The notes under the pieces: generated by a model
Told to the model about the DNA's origin: nothing
The model's input: the letters and a program-made list of their open reading frames with translations, nothing else
The model's database searches: none
Translations under genes and position numbers: made by a program
In this document: piece after piece, positions 7,347 to 15,630 of the stretch
Numbering within the stretch: the stretch's first letter is position 1
Layout of the letters: each line of letters starts with the position of its first letter
NCBI GenBank assembly: GCA_963555985.3
Contig: CAUVXV020000008.1
Location: 1-17,436 of the forward strand
DNA length: 17,436 nt
Reading direction: 5' to 3'
Source of the DNA: Dehalococcoidia bacterium
GTDB taxonomy: Bacteria > Chloroflexota > Dehalococcoidia > Bin125

Positions 7347-8411
7347 ATGACCGGACAGAACACCGAAAAGCAGATTCTTGCGATGGTGATCCTGCTCGTA
7401 TTGTCCGTCGCCTCCCTGGGCGCATATACCTGGTTCGACAACGGACGCCGCACCGAAGCCATCTCCGAGGTCTACGAGCGCGACGCCGAGCGCGGCGCCC
7501 ACATCTTCGCCCGCAACTGCCGCGTCTGCCACGGCAACGACGGCCGCGGCTCCGAATCCGACTCCTCCCTCGTCGGCCTCGCCCTCAACAAGCCCTCCAA
7601 CACCTACGCCTGGCGCACTGACAACGAGGGTCAGCTCCTCACCATCCAGAACCGCTTCCGCTACACCATCGCCTGCGGTCGCAACGGCACGCCGATGCCG
7701 CCCTGGTCGCTCGAACAGGGCGGCTCGCTCGACGACTTCAAGATCGACAACCTCGTCACCCTGATCACGACCAACGCCGGCGACGCCTGGCACGTCGCGA
7801 TCGAAGCCGCCAAGCACGAGGACGAAATCAACATCGACAACCTCCACATCGCCCTCGACGCCGCCACCGAGACGATGAACAAGTCCGGCTTCTTCCCCTC
7901 CGCCCGCGACGCCGAGGATGCCGTCAGAGTCTTCGAGGCGCGCGACGATGAGCTCAACGCTCTCCGCGTCGCCGTCGCTGAGGCGGAAGAGTCGGGCGAA
8001 GGCCTGGAAGAGGCGGAAGCAGCTCTCGCTGAATACGAGAAGCAGTACGGCGACCTCGTGCTCGCCGCAGTCGCCGTACGCACCTCATCCGCTCTCTCAG
8101 AACGCAACGCCGCCCAGACCCTGCTCAATTCCGCCTCCCGCGTACAGCGCGATGTCGCCGAGAAGCGTGCCTGGCTCAAGATCGCCGGTGAGTTCGAAAC
8201 CGCCCGCAGCAACGTCGAAACCGCCGAAGAACGATTCGCCCAGGGCCTCCCGATCGACCAGCCCCCCGCCCAAGTCACCGCCTCCACCTGCGGACAAGTC
8301 CACGACTTCAGCCAGTTCGACCTCTCCGACATCCCCGAACTCTCGACCGGTCAGGTCGGCGCAAACATCGGCGCGTGGTTGACCACCCTGCCTGAAGGCG
8401 ACGACAGCTAG
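7347..8411 (+). CDS. Membrane-anchored monoheme c-type cytochrome with a long helical C-terminal region
   Basis: N-terminal TM, GAHIFARNCRVCHG heme motif, GTPMPPW axial Met motif; last gene of the cytochrome cluster. Confidence 0.9.
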   Translation: MTGQNTEKQILAMVILLVLSVASLGAYTWFDNGRRTEAISEVYERDAERGAHIFARNCRVCHGNDGRGSESDSSLVGLALNKPSNTYAWRTDNEGQLLTIQNRFRYTIACGRNGTPMPPWSLEQGGSLDDFKIDNLVTLITTNAGDAWHVAIEAAKHEDEINIDNLHIALDAATETMNKSGFFPSARDAEDAVRVFEARDDELNALRVAVAEAEESGEGLEEAEAALAEYEKQYGDLVLAAVAVRTSSALSERNAAQTLLNSASRVQRDVAEKRAWLKIAGEFETARSNVETAEERFAQGLPIDQPPAQVTASTCGQVHDFSQFDLSDIPELSTGQVGANIGAWLTTLPEGDDS

Positions 8412-8504
8412 ACGACCCAGCCCCGCTCGCAAGTCTGCCTTACCCCTAACCCACCGTTCACGTATTCTGAGCCTCTAGGCCCGCTCAGTGAGGAGATACC
8501 CAAG

Positions 8505-8624
8505 ATGGCAGCCCAAACCGGCAAGCGTTACTTCTGTCCCAGCTGCGGCGCGGAGTTCATCGTCACCCGCGGCGGCGAGGCCGACCTCAAGTGCGGCGAC
8601 ACCCCCCTCGAACAAAAGAAGTAA
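8505..8624 (+). CDS. 39-aa desulforedoxin/zinc-ribbon-like microprotein A; not in the ORF track
   Basis: AGGAGA RBS. Translation MAAQTGKRYFCPSCGAEFIVTRGGEADLKCGDTPLEQKK*, with CxxC-x15-C. Confidence 0.85.
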   Translation: MAAQTGKRYFCPSCGAEFIVTRGGEADLKCGDTPLEQKK

Positions 8625-8669
8625 CCACGCCCGACCGAACCACGCTCCCAAGCTTCCAGGAGACCCCAG

Positions 8670-8813
8670 ATGGCAGTCCAACTCGGCAAGCGCTACCGCG
8701 ACGAACAAACCGGCATCGAAGTCCTCTGCATCAAGCCCGGCGAGTGCGACCTCAAGGTCGACGAGCGCGAGATGGAACTGATGCAGCCCAAAGTCCTCCC
8801 CTCCGCCGACTAG
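8670..8813 (+). CDS. 47-aa microprotein B, paralog of A; not in the ORF track
   Basis: AGGAGA RBS. Translation MAVQLGKRYRDEQTGIEVLCIKPGECDLKVDEREMELMQPKVLPSAD*. 15 of 39 positions are identical to A in an ungapped alignment. Confidence 0.85.
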   Translation: MAVQLGKRYRDEQTGIEVLCIKPGECDLKVDEREMELMQPKVLPSAD

Positions 8814-8849
8814 CTGCGATCCGCCCACAGCCCTAGCCGGCCGCCGCTC

Positions 8850-9326
8850 ATGCCCGACACGCTTCGAGACCGCCTCCGCAACGACCTCCGCGATGCCATG
8901 CGCGCGCGCGACGCCATGCGCCGCAACACCATCCGGATGCTCGAAGCCGCGATCAAGAACGCCGAAATCGAACGCCGCCAGAAGAACACCGATCTCGCCG
9001 AAGCCGACGTCCTCGCCATCCTCCAACGCCAGGTCAAACAGCGCCGCGACTCAATCGAGCAGTTCGAGCAGGGCGGACGCGACGACCTTGCCGAGAAGGA
9101 ACGTGCCGAGATCGCCGTGATCGAGACCTACCTGCCCCAACAACTCTCGCGCGGGCAGGTGCTCGAGCGCGCCCGCGCCGTCGCCGAACAGGTCGACGCG
9201 AGCGGCCCCGGCGATCGCGGCAAGGTCATGGGCCCGCTCATGCGCGAACTGCGCGGAATCGCCGACGGCGCAATGGTCAACGCGGTCGTCGGCGAGTTGC
9301 TGGCCGAACTCGCTCAGGCGGAATGA
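8850..9326 (+). CDS. yqeY: GatB/YqeY domain protein
   Basis: LRDAMRARD..R..TIRML.AAIKN.EI, KQRRDSIEQF..GGRDDLAEKE.AEI.VI..YLPQQLS, GKVMG. Confidence 0.93.
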   Translation: MPDTLRDRLRNDLRDAMRARDAMRRNTIRMLEAAIKNAEIERRQKNTDLAEADVLAILQRQVKQRRDSIEQFEQGGRDDLAEKERAEIAVIETYLPQQLSRGQVLERARAVAEQVDASGPGDRGKVMGPLMRELRGIADGAMVNAVVGELLAELAQAE

Positions 9327-9442
9327 CGCGCCGCGCAACCAGACCCGCCTCCTATCTGGTCTGTATGATGAATTCTGCCTGAACGCGCCTGCTCGCGTGC
9401 CCAAACGATCCCCGCACACGAGCCGACCCAGGCGGAATGACC

Positions 9443-11669
9443 ATGGTCCGACCGACATACTTCACCGCCTGGCGAGTCGGTATCTTCGCAATTGCCCTCG
9501 CGATCGGGGATCGTCCTCGCGCTCACGCCCTTCCGCCGCGCCGAACAGTTCCCCGCGCTCGGAGCCGAGGCCGAGCGCGATGTTGTCGCCGGACACGACG
9601 TCACCTTTCGCAGCCCCACCCTGACCGAAGAAGCGCGCACTGAGGCGCGGGAGCGCGCCGAACCCCAATTCGCCTACGACACCGGCGTCCGTTCCTCCCA
9701 ACTCGAAGCCTTGCGGCGCTATCTCACCGATGTCATCGCCGCCCGCGCCGCCCAAGAATCCACGCTCGCAGCCGAATCGGGCGCGACCGCAGAACCGGAC
9801 GCCGCCGCTGAGACGGACACGTCCGAAACCCAGGCCCCAACCGATACCGCTAACCCGGCCGCTGCTCCGCCAGCTCCGCTCGCCAACTCCCGCCTCTCGA
9901 TCCGCGACGAGCAACAACTCATCGCAATCGAGCGCCCCCGCTTCGTCGTCATCCACGAAGAATCGCTGCGTACCCTCGACCTCCTGCTCCAGCGGGAGCT
10001 CTATCCGCTCGATGTCGAGAGCCTGCGCCTACGCCTCAACGACCAACTCAGCCCCCAACTCCCCTTCACCGAGTCAGCCCTGGTCGCCACGTTGGTCGGA
10101 GCCTACCTGCGCCCGACCATGGCCGAAGACGCGATCCTCACCGAGGCTGCCCGCGATCGCGCCGCCGACGCGGTTCCCTCGGTCTCGCGCAGCTTGGTGG
10201 AGGGCGAGCTTGTCGTCGAACGCGGTCAGATCGTCGATCCGCTCGCAGCCGAGGCGCTCGCCGCCCTCACCCCAGACAGCGGCGGGATCGAGTTGGAATC
10301 GCTCGGCGCAGTCGTCATCCTCGGACTCGCCGCCGCAACCGCCTTCGGTCTCTATCTCTATCTCGGCCGCCCCCAGGCCGTGGCCAGCGATCGACGCTTG
10401 ATCCTGCTCGCCTTCCTCGTCCTCCTCTCCGTCATCGCCGCTCGCGCCTGGTTCGAGTTCGCCCTCCCCGACGGACGTGGGCAGTCGCTCGATCTGATGA
10501 TCCCGCTGGCGGCCGGAGCCGTCTTGGTCGCCGCCCTGCTCAGCACCGCACTCGGCGTGATGACCGGCGTGCTGATCGCCGCCCTCGCCGGTTTCGCCGC
10601 CATCGCGCTCCCCAACTACCCTCTGGATCCCATCGGACCGCAAGCCCTCCGCCCCTTCGCCTTCTTCCTCGTCAGCAGCCTCGGTGGCGTCCTCGTCGCC
10701 GCCCGCGCGCAGGCCCTCGCTCAATACGGACTGGCCGGCCTCGCCGCCGGGACCACCGGGTTTCTCGTCGGCGCCGCCTTCTGGCTGCTCGATCCCGACC
10801 GCGCGACCGACCAGCTCGGCTGGCTCGCCCTGGCCGCGATCGTCACCGCCGCCGGAGCAGCCGTGATCATCATCGGAGCCTTCTCCCTGCTCGGAGCGCT
10901 CTTCGGCATCACGACCCCGATGCGCCTGCTCGAACTCGCGCAGCTGCAACGACCGCTCCTGCGCCGGCTGCAAGATGAAGCGCCCGGCACCTTCCACCAT
11001 TCCCTCCTGGTCGCCACGCTCGCCGAGCGCGCCGCCGCCCAGATCGGCGCCGACGCGCTCCTCGTCCGCGTCGGCGCCTACTACCACGACATCGGCAAGC
11101 TCCACCATCCCGCCATGTTCATCGAAAACCAGGGCGAGAGCGGCAATCCCCACGAAGACCTGAACCCCAGGGACAGCGCGCAGGTCATCATCGCCCATGT
11201 CCACGAGGGCGACATGCTCGCCAGACGCGGACGCCTCCCCCTGGCAATCCGCGACTTTATCAACGAACACCACGGTTCCCGCCGCGTCACCTACTTCTAC
11301 CGCAAGGCCGCCCTGGCCGATCCACGCACCGATCCCACCTGGTACACCTACGCCGGACCGCCCCCCCAGTCCCGCGAAACCGCCATCGTCATGCTCGCCG
11401 ACAGCTGCGAAGCCGTCGTCCGCGCCAGCCGCGAACAAGACCCCCAAACCATCAGCCTGCTCGTAGACAGCGTCATCGACGAGCGCCTGCGCGAACGCCA
11501 ACTCGACGAATGCGACCTCACCCTCCGAGAACTCCAACAAATCAGCGCCAGCTTCAAACAAACCCTCAACGGAGTCCACCACCAAAGAATCGAATACCCC
11601 CCAGCCAGCGAAGCCGAGCGCCGAGAACAAACCACCCGAGCCGCCCCCGCCCCCACGCCCCCGTCATAA
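9443..11669 (+). CDS. 7TM-HDIG membrane phosphohydrolase (PgpH/YqfF-like, possible cyclic-di-AMP phosphodiesterase), with a one-base insertion in GGGG at 9506-9509
   Basis: Removing one G joins MVRPTYFTAWRVGIFAIALAIG to IVLALTPF into one TM helix. Extracellular domain, about 7 TM helices, EAPGTFHHS, GAYYHDIGK, FIENQ, HHG, YAGPPPQSRETAIVMLADSCEA. Confidence 0.9.
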
Positions 11670-11818
11670 CCCACCCGTCATAACCCACCCGTCATCCCCA
11701 CTCCCAACCAGCTCCGTCATACCCACGCTCGATAACTCTGTCATACCTGCACCCAGAAATCCGTCATACCCGCGCCCAACCAACTCCGTCATACCCGCGC
11801 TCCGCCGCGGGTATCTCG
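11661..11818 (+). repeat. Tandem array of 7 CCGTCAT-headed REP units ending in one complete palindrome
   Basis: Units start at 11661, 11675, 11689, 11714, 11738 (CTGTCAT), 11761 and 11786. The last is CCGTCATACCCGCG-CTCCGC-CGCGGGTATCTCG. Confidence 0.85.
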
Positions 11819-11844
11819 ATGTGAGCACTACCAACCTCCAACCC

Positions 11845-11908
11845 TCACCCCACCTCCCCAAAATCTCCCCCTCAAGGGGGAGATGCCCCAGAGGGGTAGA
11901 GGGGGTGA
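11845..11908. repeat. Second, different nested palindromic element
   Basis: ATCTCCCCCT-CA-AGGGGGAGAT (11863-11884), then GCCCC-AGA-GGGGT, enclosed by TCACCCC (11845-11851) and GGGGTGA (11902-11908). Confidence 0.65.
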
Positions 11909-11955
11909 AACGCCACATCAAACCCCCAACGACAACCACAACACACCCAACCAGT

Positions 11956-11985
11956 TTGCAACCCGAACATCAGAACATATAAACT
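11956..11985 (+). promoter_or_regulatory. Putative sigma70 promoter of the orphan gene
   Basis: TTGCAA, 18-nt spacer, TAAACT in an A-rich stretch; GAAAGGA RBS before ATG 12029. Confidence 0.45.
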
Positions 11986-12028
11986 CACCTATCCAAAACA
12001 CAGGTTCCCAAGAAAGGAACACCCCGCC

Positions 12029-12385
12029 ATGCCCTTCGACTACACCTACCAGTCCACCATGTCCGGCGTCGGCCAACTCGCCCACTCCGAGGAAGCCGGC
12101 CACGTCCGCATCAAAGCGCTCGCCCTCCTCATCCGCGAACTCTCCCCCTCCAACGCCAAGACCCGCGAGATCCACCACGCGCTCGACCTCCAACCCCATC
12201 CCGAACCCGCGCCCAAACCCCGAGCCAACCACTCCCCCCGCCTGCCCGAAGCGCCGCTCACCCCTGAGCAGAAGAAAGAACTCCACCTCCATCCCCACGC
12301 CATCGCCGTGGCCCTGATGCGCGGCGAAGACGTCCCTCTGCCGGACGACGACGACAGCCTCGAAGAAGAGGAAGAGCCGCAGTAA
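12029..12385 (+). CDS. Hypothetical protein (118 aa, Pro-rich linker, acidic tail)
   Basis: AAAGGA RBS, codon usage like its neighbours, candidate promoter. No family recognised. Confidence 0.7.
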   Translation: MPFDYTYQSTMSGVGQLAHSEEAGHVRIKALALLIRELSPSNAKTREIHHALDLQPHPEPAPKPRANHSPRLPEAPLTPEQKKELHLHPHAIAVALMRGEDVPLPDDDDSLEEEEEPQ

Positions 12386-12551
12386 TCCCCCGACCGCAAG
12401 CGGCGACCCCCTCGTTTTTTTTTCTCACCGCCCCGTCAGGCCGCGAACCGCGACCATCCAGTCCCTACCGTGCCCGCACCCCCAATCAGCCCCTGACACA
12501 ATGCTCCGATAGCATCTAATCGAGACCCCAACGACCAAGCCGGAGTCCCCC

Positions 12552-13214
12552 GTGCGCTTCGCCGTCCTCGTCTTCCCAGGTACCTGGAGCGACCACGACT
12601 GCGTCCACGCCCTCCAAGACCTCGGCCAAACCGCCGAGCGCGTCTGGCACCGCGAATCCAACCTCGATCGCTACGACGGCGTCATCCTCCCTGGAGGCTT
12701 CTCCTACGGCGACCACCTCCGCTGCGGAGCCATCGCCCGCTTCTCCCCCGTCATGCTCGCCCTCGAACGCTTCGCCCAATCAGGACGCCCCGTCTTCGGC
12801 TCCTGCAACGGCTTCCAAATCCTCTGCGAAGCCGGACTCCTCCCCGGCGCGCTCATCCGCAACGCCTCCCTCCAGTTCCGCTGCCAACCGCAAATGCTCC
12901 GTGTCGAACACGCCGACAGCGGCTTCACCAGCGCCTGCGAAGACGGACAACTCCTCCAACTCCCCATCTCCCACGGCGAGGGCCAATACCACGCAACACC
13001 CGAAGTCCTCGACGAACTCGAAGACGCCGGCCGCGTCCTCTTCCGCTACCACGGCGAGAACCCCAACGGCTCCCTCCGCGACATCGCCGGCATCCTCAAC
13101 CCCCAGGGCAACATCCTCGGCATGATGCCCCACCCCGAACGAGCCTCTGACTCCCTCCTCGGCGGTACCGACGGCAACTACATCTGGCGCTCCATCATCG
13201 ACCGCTGGAGCTAA
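12552..13214 (+). CDS. purQ: FGAM synthase glutaminase subunit
   Basis: FAVLVFPG, LPGGFSYGD, GSCNGFQILCE.GLLPG, SHGEG, NPNGS, GMMPHPER (Cys-His-Glu triad); GGAG RBS. Confidence 0.97.
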   Translation: MRFAVLVFPGTWSDHDCVHALQDLGQTAERVWHRESNLDRYDGVILPGGFSYGDHLRCGAIARFSPVMLALERFAQSGRPVFGSCNGFQILCEAGLLPGALIRNASLQFRCQPQMLRVEHADSGFTSACEDGQLLQLPISHGEGQYHATPEVLDELEDAGRVLFRYHGENPNGSLRDIAGILNPQGNILGMMPHPERASDSLLGGTDGNYIWRSIIDRWS

Positions 13215-13216
13215 AT

Positions 13217-13245
13217 CCGTCATTCCCGCGAAGGCGGGAATCTCG
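13217..13245 (+). repeat. CGTC-type REP palindrome, copy 3
   Basis: CCGTCATTCCCGC-GAAG-GCGGGAATCTCG, 2 nt after the purQ stop. Confidence 0.85.
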
Positions 13246-13327
13246 AACCTCCCACTTCGCTCACGGCACAACCTGCGACGTACTCCTCAGCTCAGTCTGC
13301 ACACACCCCGCACGAAACTACCCCGCC

Positions 13328-15589
13328 ATGCCCACCTACCCACCCCCTACGCACGCCCCTCCAGCCCCCATCAACGACGGTATCCTCGCCCAGATCGCCC
13401 TGAGCCGCGACGAGTACGAGCGCGCCCGCAACATGCTCGGACGCGAACCCTCCGAAGTCGAACTCGGCATGATCGGCGCGCTCTGGAGCGAGCACTGCGG
13501 CTACAAACACTCTCGCCCTCTCTTCCACCACTTCCCCACCGAAGACGAACGCATCCTCACCAGCCTCGGCGAAGAGAACGCCGGTGCCATCGCCATCGGC
13601 GAAGGCTGGGTCGCGGTGATGAAGATCGAATCCCACAATCACCCCTCCGCAATCGAACCCTATGAAGGCGCAGCCACCGGCGTCGGCGGCATCGTCCGCG
13701 ACATCTTCGCCATGGGCGCGCAACCGATCGCTCTGCTCGACTCCCTCCGCTTCGGCCCGCTCGATGACCCCGACGGAGGCCGCCGCAACCGACGCCTCTG
13801 CACCGGCGTCGTCGCCGGCATCGGCGGCTACGGCAACTGCCTCGGCATCCCCACCATCGGCGGCGAACTCGTCTTCGGCGACTCCTACAGCGGCAACCCT
13901 CTGGTTAACGCCATGTGCCTCGGCGTCGCCCCGCGCGGACAACTGATCTCCGCCACCGCCGGCCCGCCCGGTACCCGCCTCATGATCGTCGGCGCAGACA
14001 CCGGCCGCGACGGGCTGCACGGCGCCACCTTCGCCTCAGTCGAACTGGACGAATCCTCCGCCGAACGCCGCCCCGCCGTCCAGGTTGGCAACCCCTTCCT
14101 CGAAAAGCTGCTCATGGACGCCTGCGTCGGACTGGTCCGCGACCACCGCGACTGGATCGAGGGACTCCAGGACTGCGGCGCAGCCGGCATCACCTCCTCA
14201 ACCGTCGAAATGGCCGAACGCGCCGGCGCTGGCATCCACATCCAGACCGCCAACGTCCCCCGCCGCGAGACCGGCATGACCCCCTACGACGTAATGCTCT
14301 CCGAGTCGCAGGAGCGCATGATCGTTGCCGTCAAGCCCGATCACGTCGCCGATGTCGCCGAGTGGTTCGCCTACTGGGACCTCCACGCCGACGAGATCGG
14401 CGAGGTCACCGACGACGGCATTGCCCGAGTCTTCGACGGCGACGCCGAAGTCGCCGCCATCCCGGTCGGCATCCTCACCACCCCGCCCGCCTATACGCCT
14501 GAAGCAATCCGCGACCCCGACGCCGCCCAACGAGCCGCCTTCGATCCAGCAACTCTCCCCGACCTCGAACCCGCCGAAGCGAGCGACGCCCTGCTCCAAC
14601 TCCTCGCCTCGCCCAACATCGCCTCCAAGCGCTGGGTCTACCGCCAGTACGACCACCAGGTCGGCACCAACACCGTGATCACCCCCGGCTCCGACGCCGC
14701 CGTCCTGCGCCTGCGCGGACTCCAACAAGGACTCGCGCTCTGCACCGACGGCCCCGGTCGCGCCGTCGAGCTCGACCCCTACGCCGGTACCGCCCGCGCC
14801 GTCGCCGAAGCCGCTCGCAACGTTGCTTGCACCGGCGCACGCCCCGCCGCCGTCACCGACTGCCTCAACTTCGCCAACCCCGAACGTCCGCACATCTACT
14901 ACCAGCTGAGCCAGGCCATCCAGGGCATGGCCGACGCCTGCCGAACCCTCGCTACCCCCGTCGTCAGCGGCAACGCCAGCCTCTACAACGAGTCCGAAGA
15001 CGGCCCCGTCGCCCCAACCCCCGTCGTCGGAATGCTGGGCATCCTCAAAGATGTGCGCCAGGCACTCCCAATGGCTTTCCAGTCCGAAGGCGACGAAATC
15101 TGGCTGCTAGGCGCAGACCTGGAGCAACCAGCCTCAACGCTAGGCGGCAGCGAGTATCTGGCAGTCAGGCACGGTCTCGTAGCGGGGCCGATCACAGTCG
15201 ATCTGAACGCCGAGCGAGCGCTGGTCGACACCCTCGTCGAAGCAGCCGAAGCCAACCTCCTCAAGTCAGCCCACGACTGCTCCGACGGAGGTCTGGCCGT
15301 CGCAATCGCCGAGTCTGCAATCGCAGGCGAGATCGGCGCAGAAGTGAAAGCAATCACCGGTCGTCTCGACGCAGCCCTCTTCGGCGAAGCCGGAGCGCGA
15401 GCAGTTGTGACTCTGGCGGCGGATCAAAGCGAAGCTCTGCTCCGGCTCGCAGCGCGGCATGGGCTAGGAGCCACACCGATCGGAACAGTCGGCGGAGATC
15501 GTCTGCTGCTCGAAGGTTCGATCGACCTTCCCATCAACGCGATTGCAGAAGAATGGCAATCAGCTCTACCCAGACTGCTCGACGCCTAG
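13328..15589 (+). CDS. purL: FGAM synthase synthetase subunit (small-type PurL)
   Basis: WSEHCGYK, KIESHNHPS, GAATGVGGIVRDI, TGRDGLHGATFAS, QDCGAAG, LSESQERM, SKRWVYRQYDHQV, DCLNFANPE, SAHDCSDGGL. Confidence 0.97.
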   Translation: MPTYPPPTHAPPAPINDGILAQIALSRDEYERARNMLGREPSEVELGMIGALWSEHCGYKHSRPLFHHFPTEDERILTSLGEENAGAIAIGEGWVAVMKIESHNHPSAIEPYEGAATGVGGIVRDIFAMGAQPIALLDSLRFGPLDDPDGGRRNRRLCTGVVAGIGGYGNCLGIPTIGGELVFGDSYSGNPLVNAMCLGVAPRGQLISATAGPPGTRLMIVGADTGRDGLHGATFASVELDESSAERRPAVQVGNPFLEKLLMDACVGLVRDHRDWIEGLQDCGAAGITSSTVEMAERAGAGIHIQTANVPRRETGMTPYDVMLSESQERMIVAVKPDHVADVAEWFAYWDLHADEIGEVTDDGIARVFDGDAEVAAIPVGILTTPPAYTPEAIRDPDAAQRAAFDPATLPDLEPAEASDALLQLLASPNIASKRWVYRQYDHQVGTNTVITPGSDAAVLRLRGLQQGLALCTDGPGRAVELDPYAGTARAVAEAARNVACTGARPAAVTDCLNFANPERPHIYYQLSQAIQGMADACRTLATPVVSGNASLYNESEDGPVAPTPVVGMLGILKDVRQALPMAFQSEGDEIWLLGADLEQPASTLGGSEYLAVRHGLVAGPITVDLNAERALVDTLVEAAEANLLKSAHDCSDGGLAVAIAESAIAGEIGAEVKAITGRLDAALFGEAGARAVVTLAADQSEALLRLAARHGLGATPIGTVGGDRLLLEGSIDLPINAIAEEWQSALPRLLDA

Positions 15590-15630
15590 CGGCCTGGCTA
15601 GACTGGCTGCACTGACACGGAGAGGCACAG

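Noticed and set aside
11661-11818. CRISPR array
   Set aside because: The constant part is only about 7-11 nt, periods are 14-25 nt, there are no cas genes, and the units derive from the REP seen elsewhere.
11964-11985. LexA/SOS box (AGAACATATAAACT) over the orphan gene promoter
   Set aside because: The left half fits GAAC-N4-GTTC but the right half has three mismatches, which is too weak.
12386-12424. Intrinsic terminator at the T9 tract
   Set aside because: There is no strong stem immediately before the T run; the CCGC-AA-GCGG hairpin is short and distant.
12022-13333. Identical CCCCGCCATGCCC at the starts of the orphan gene and purL
   Set aside because: It is low-complexity sequence around an ATG in a very C-rich region and is plausibly chance.
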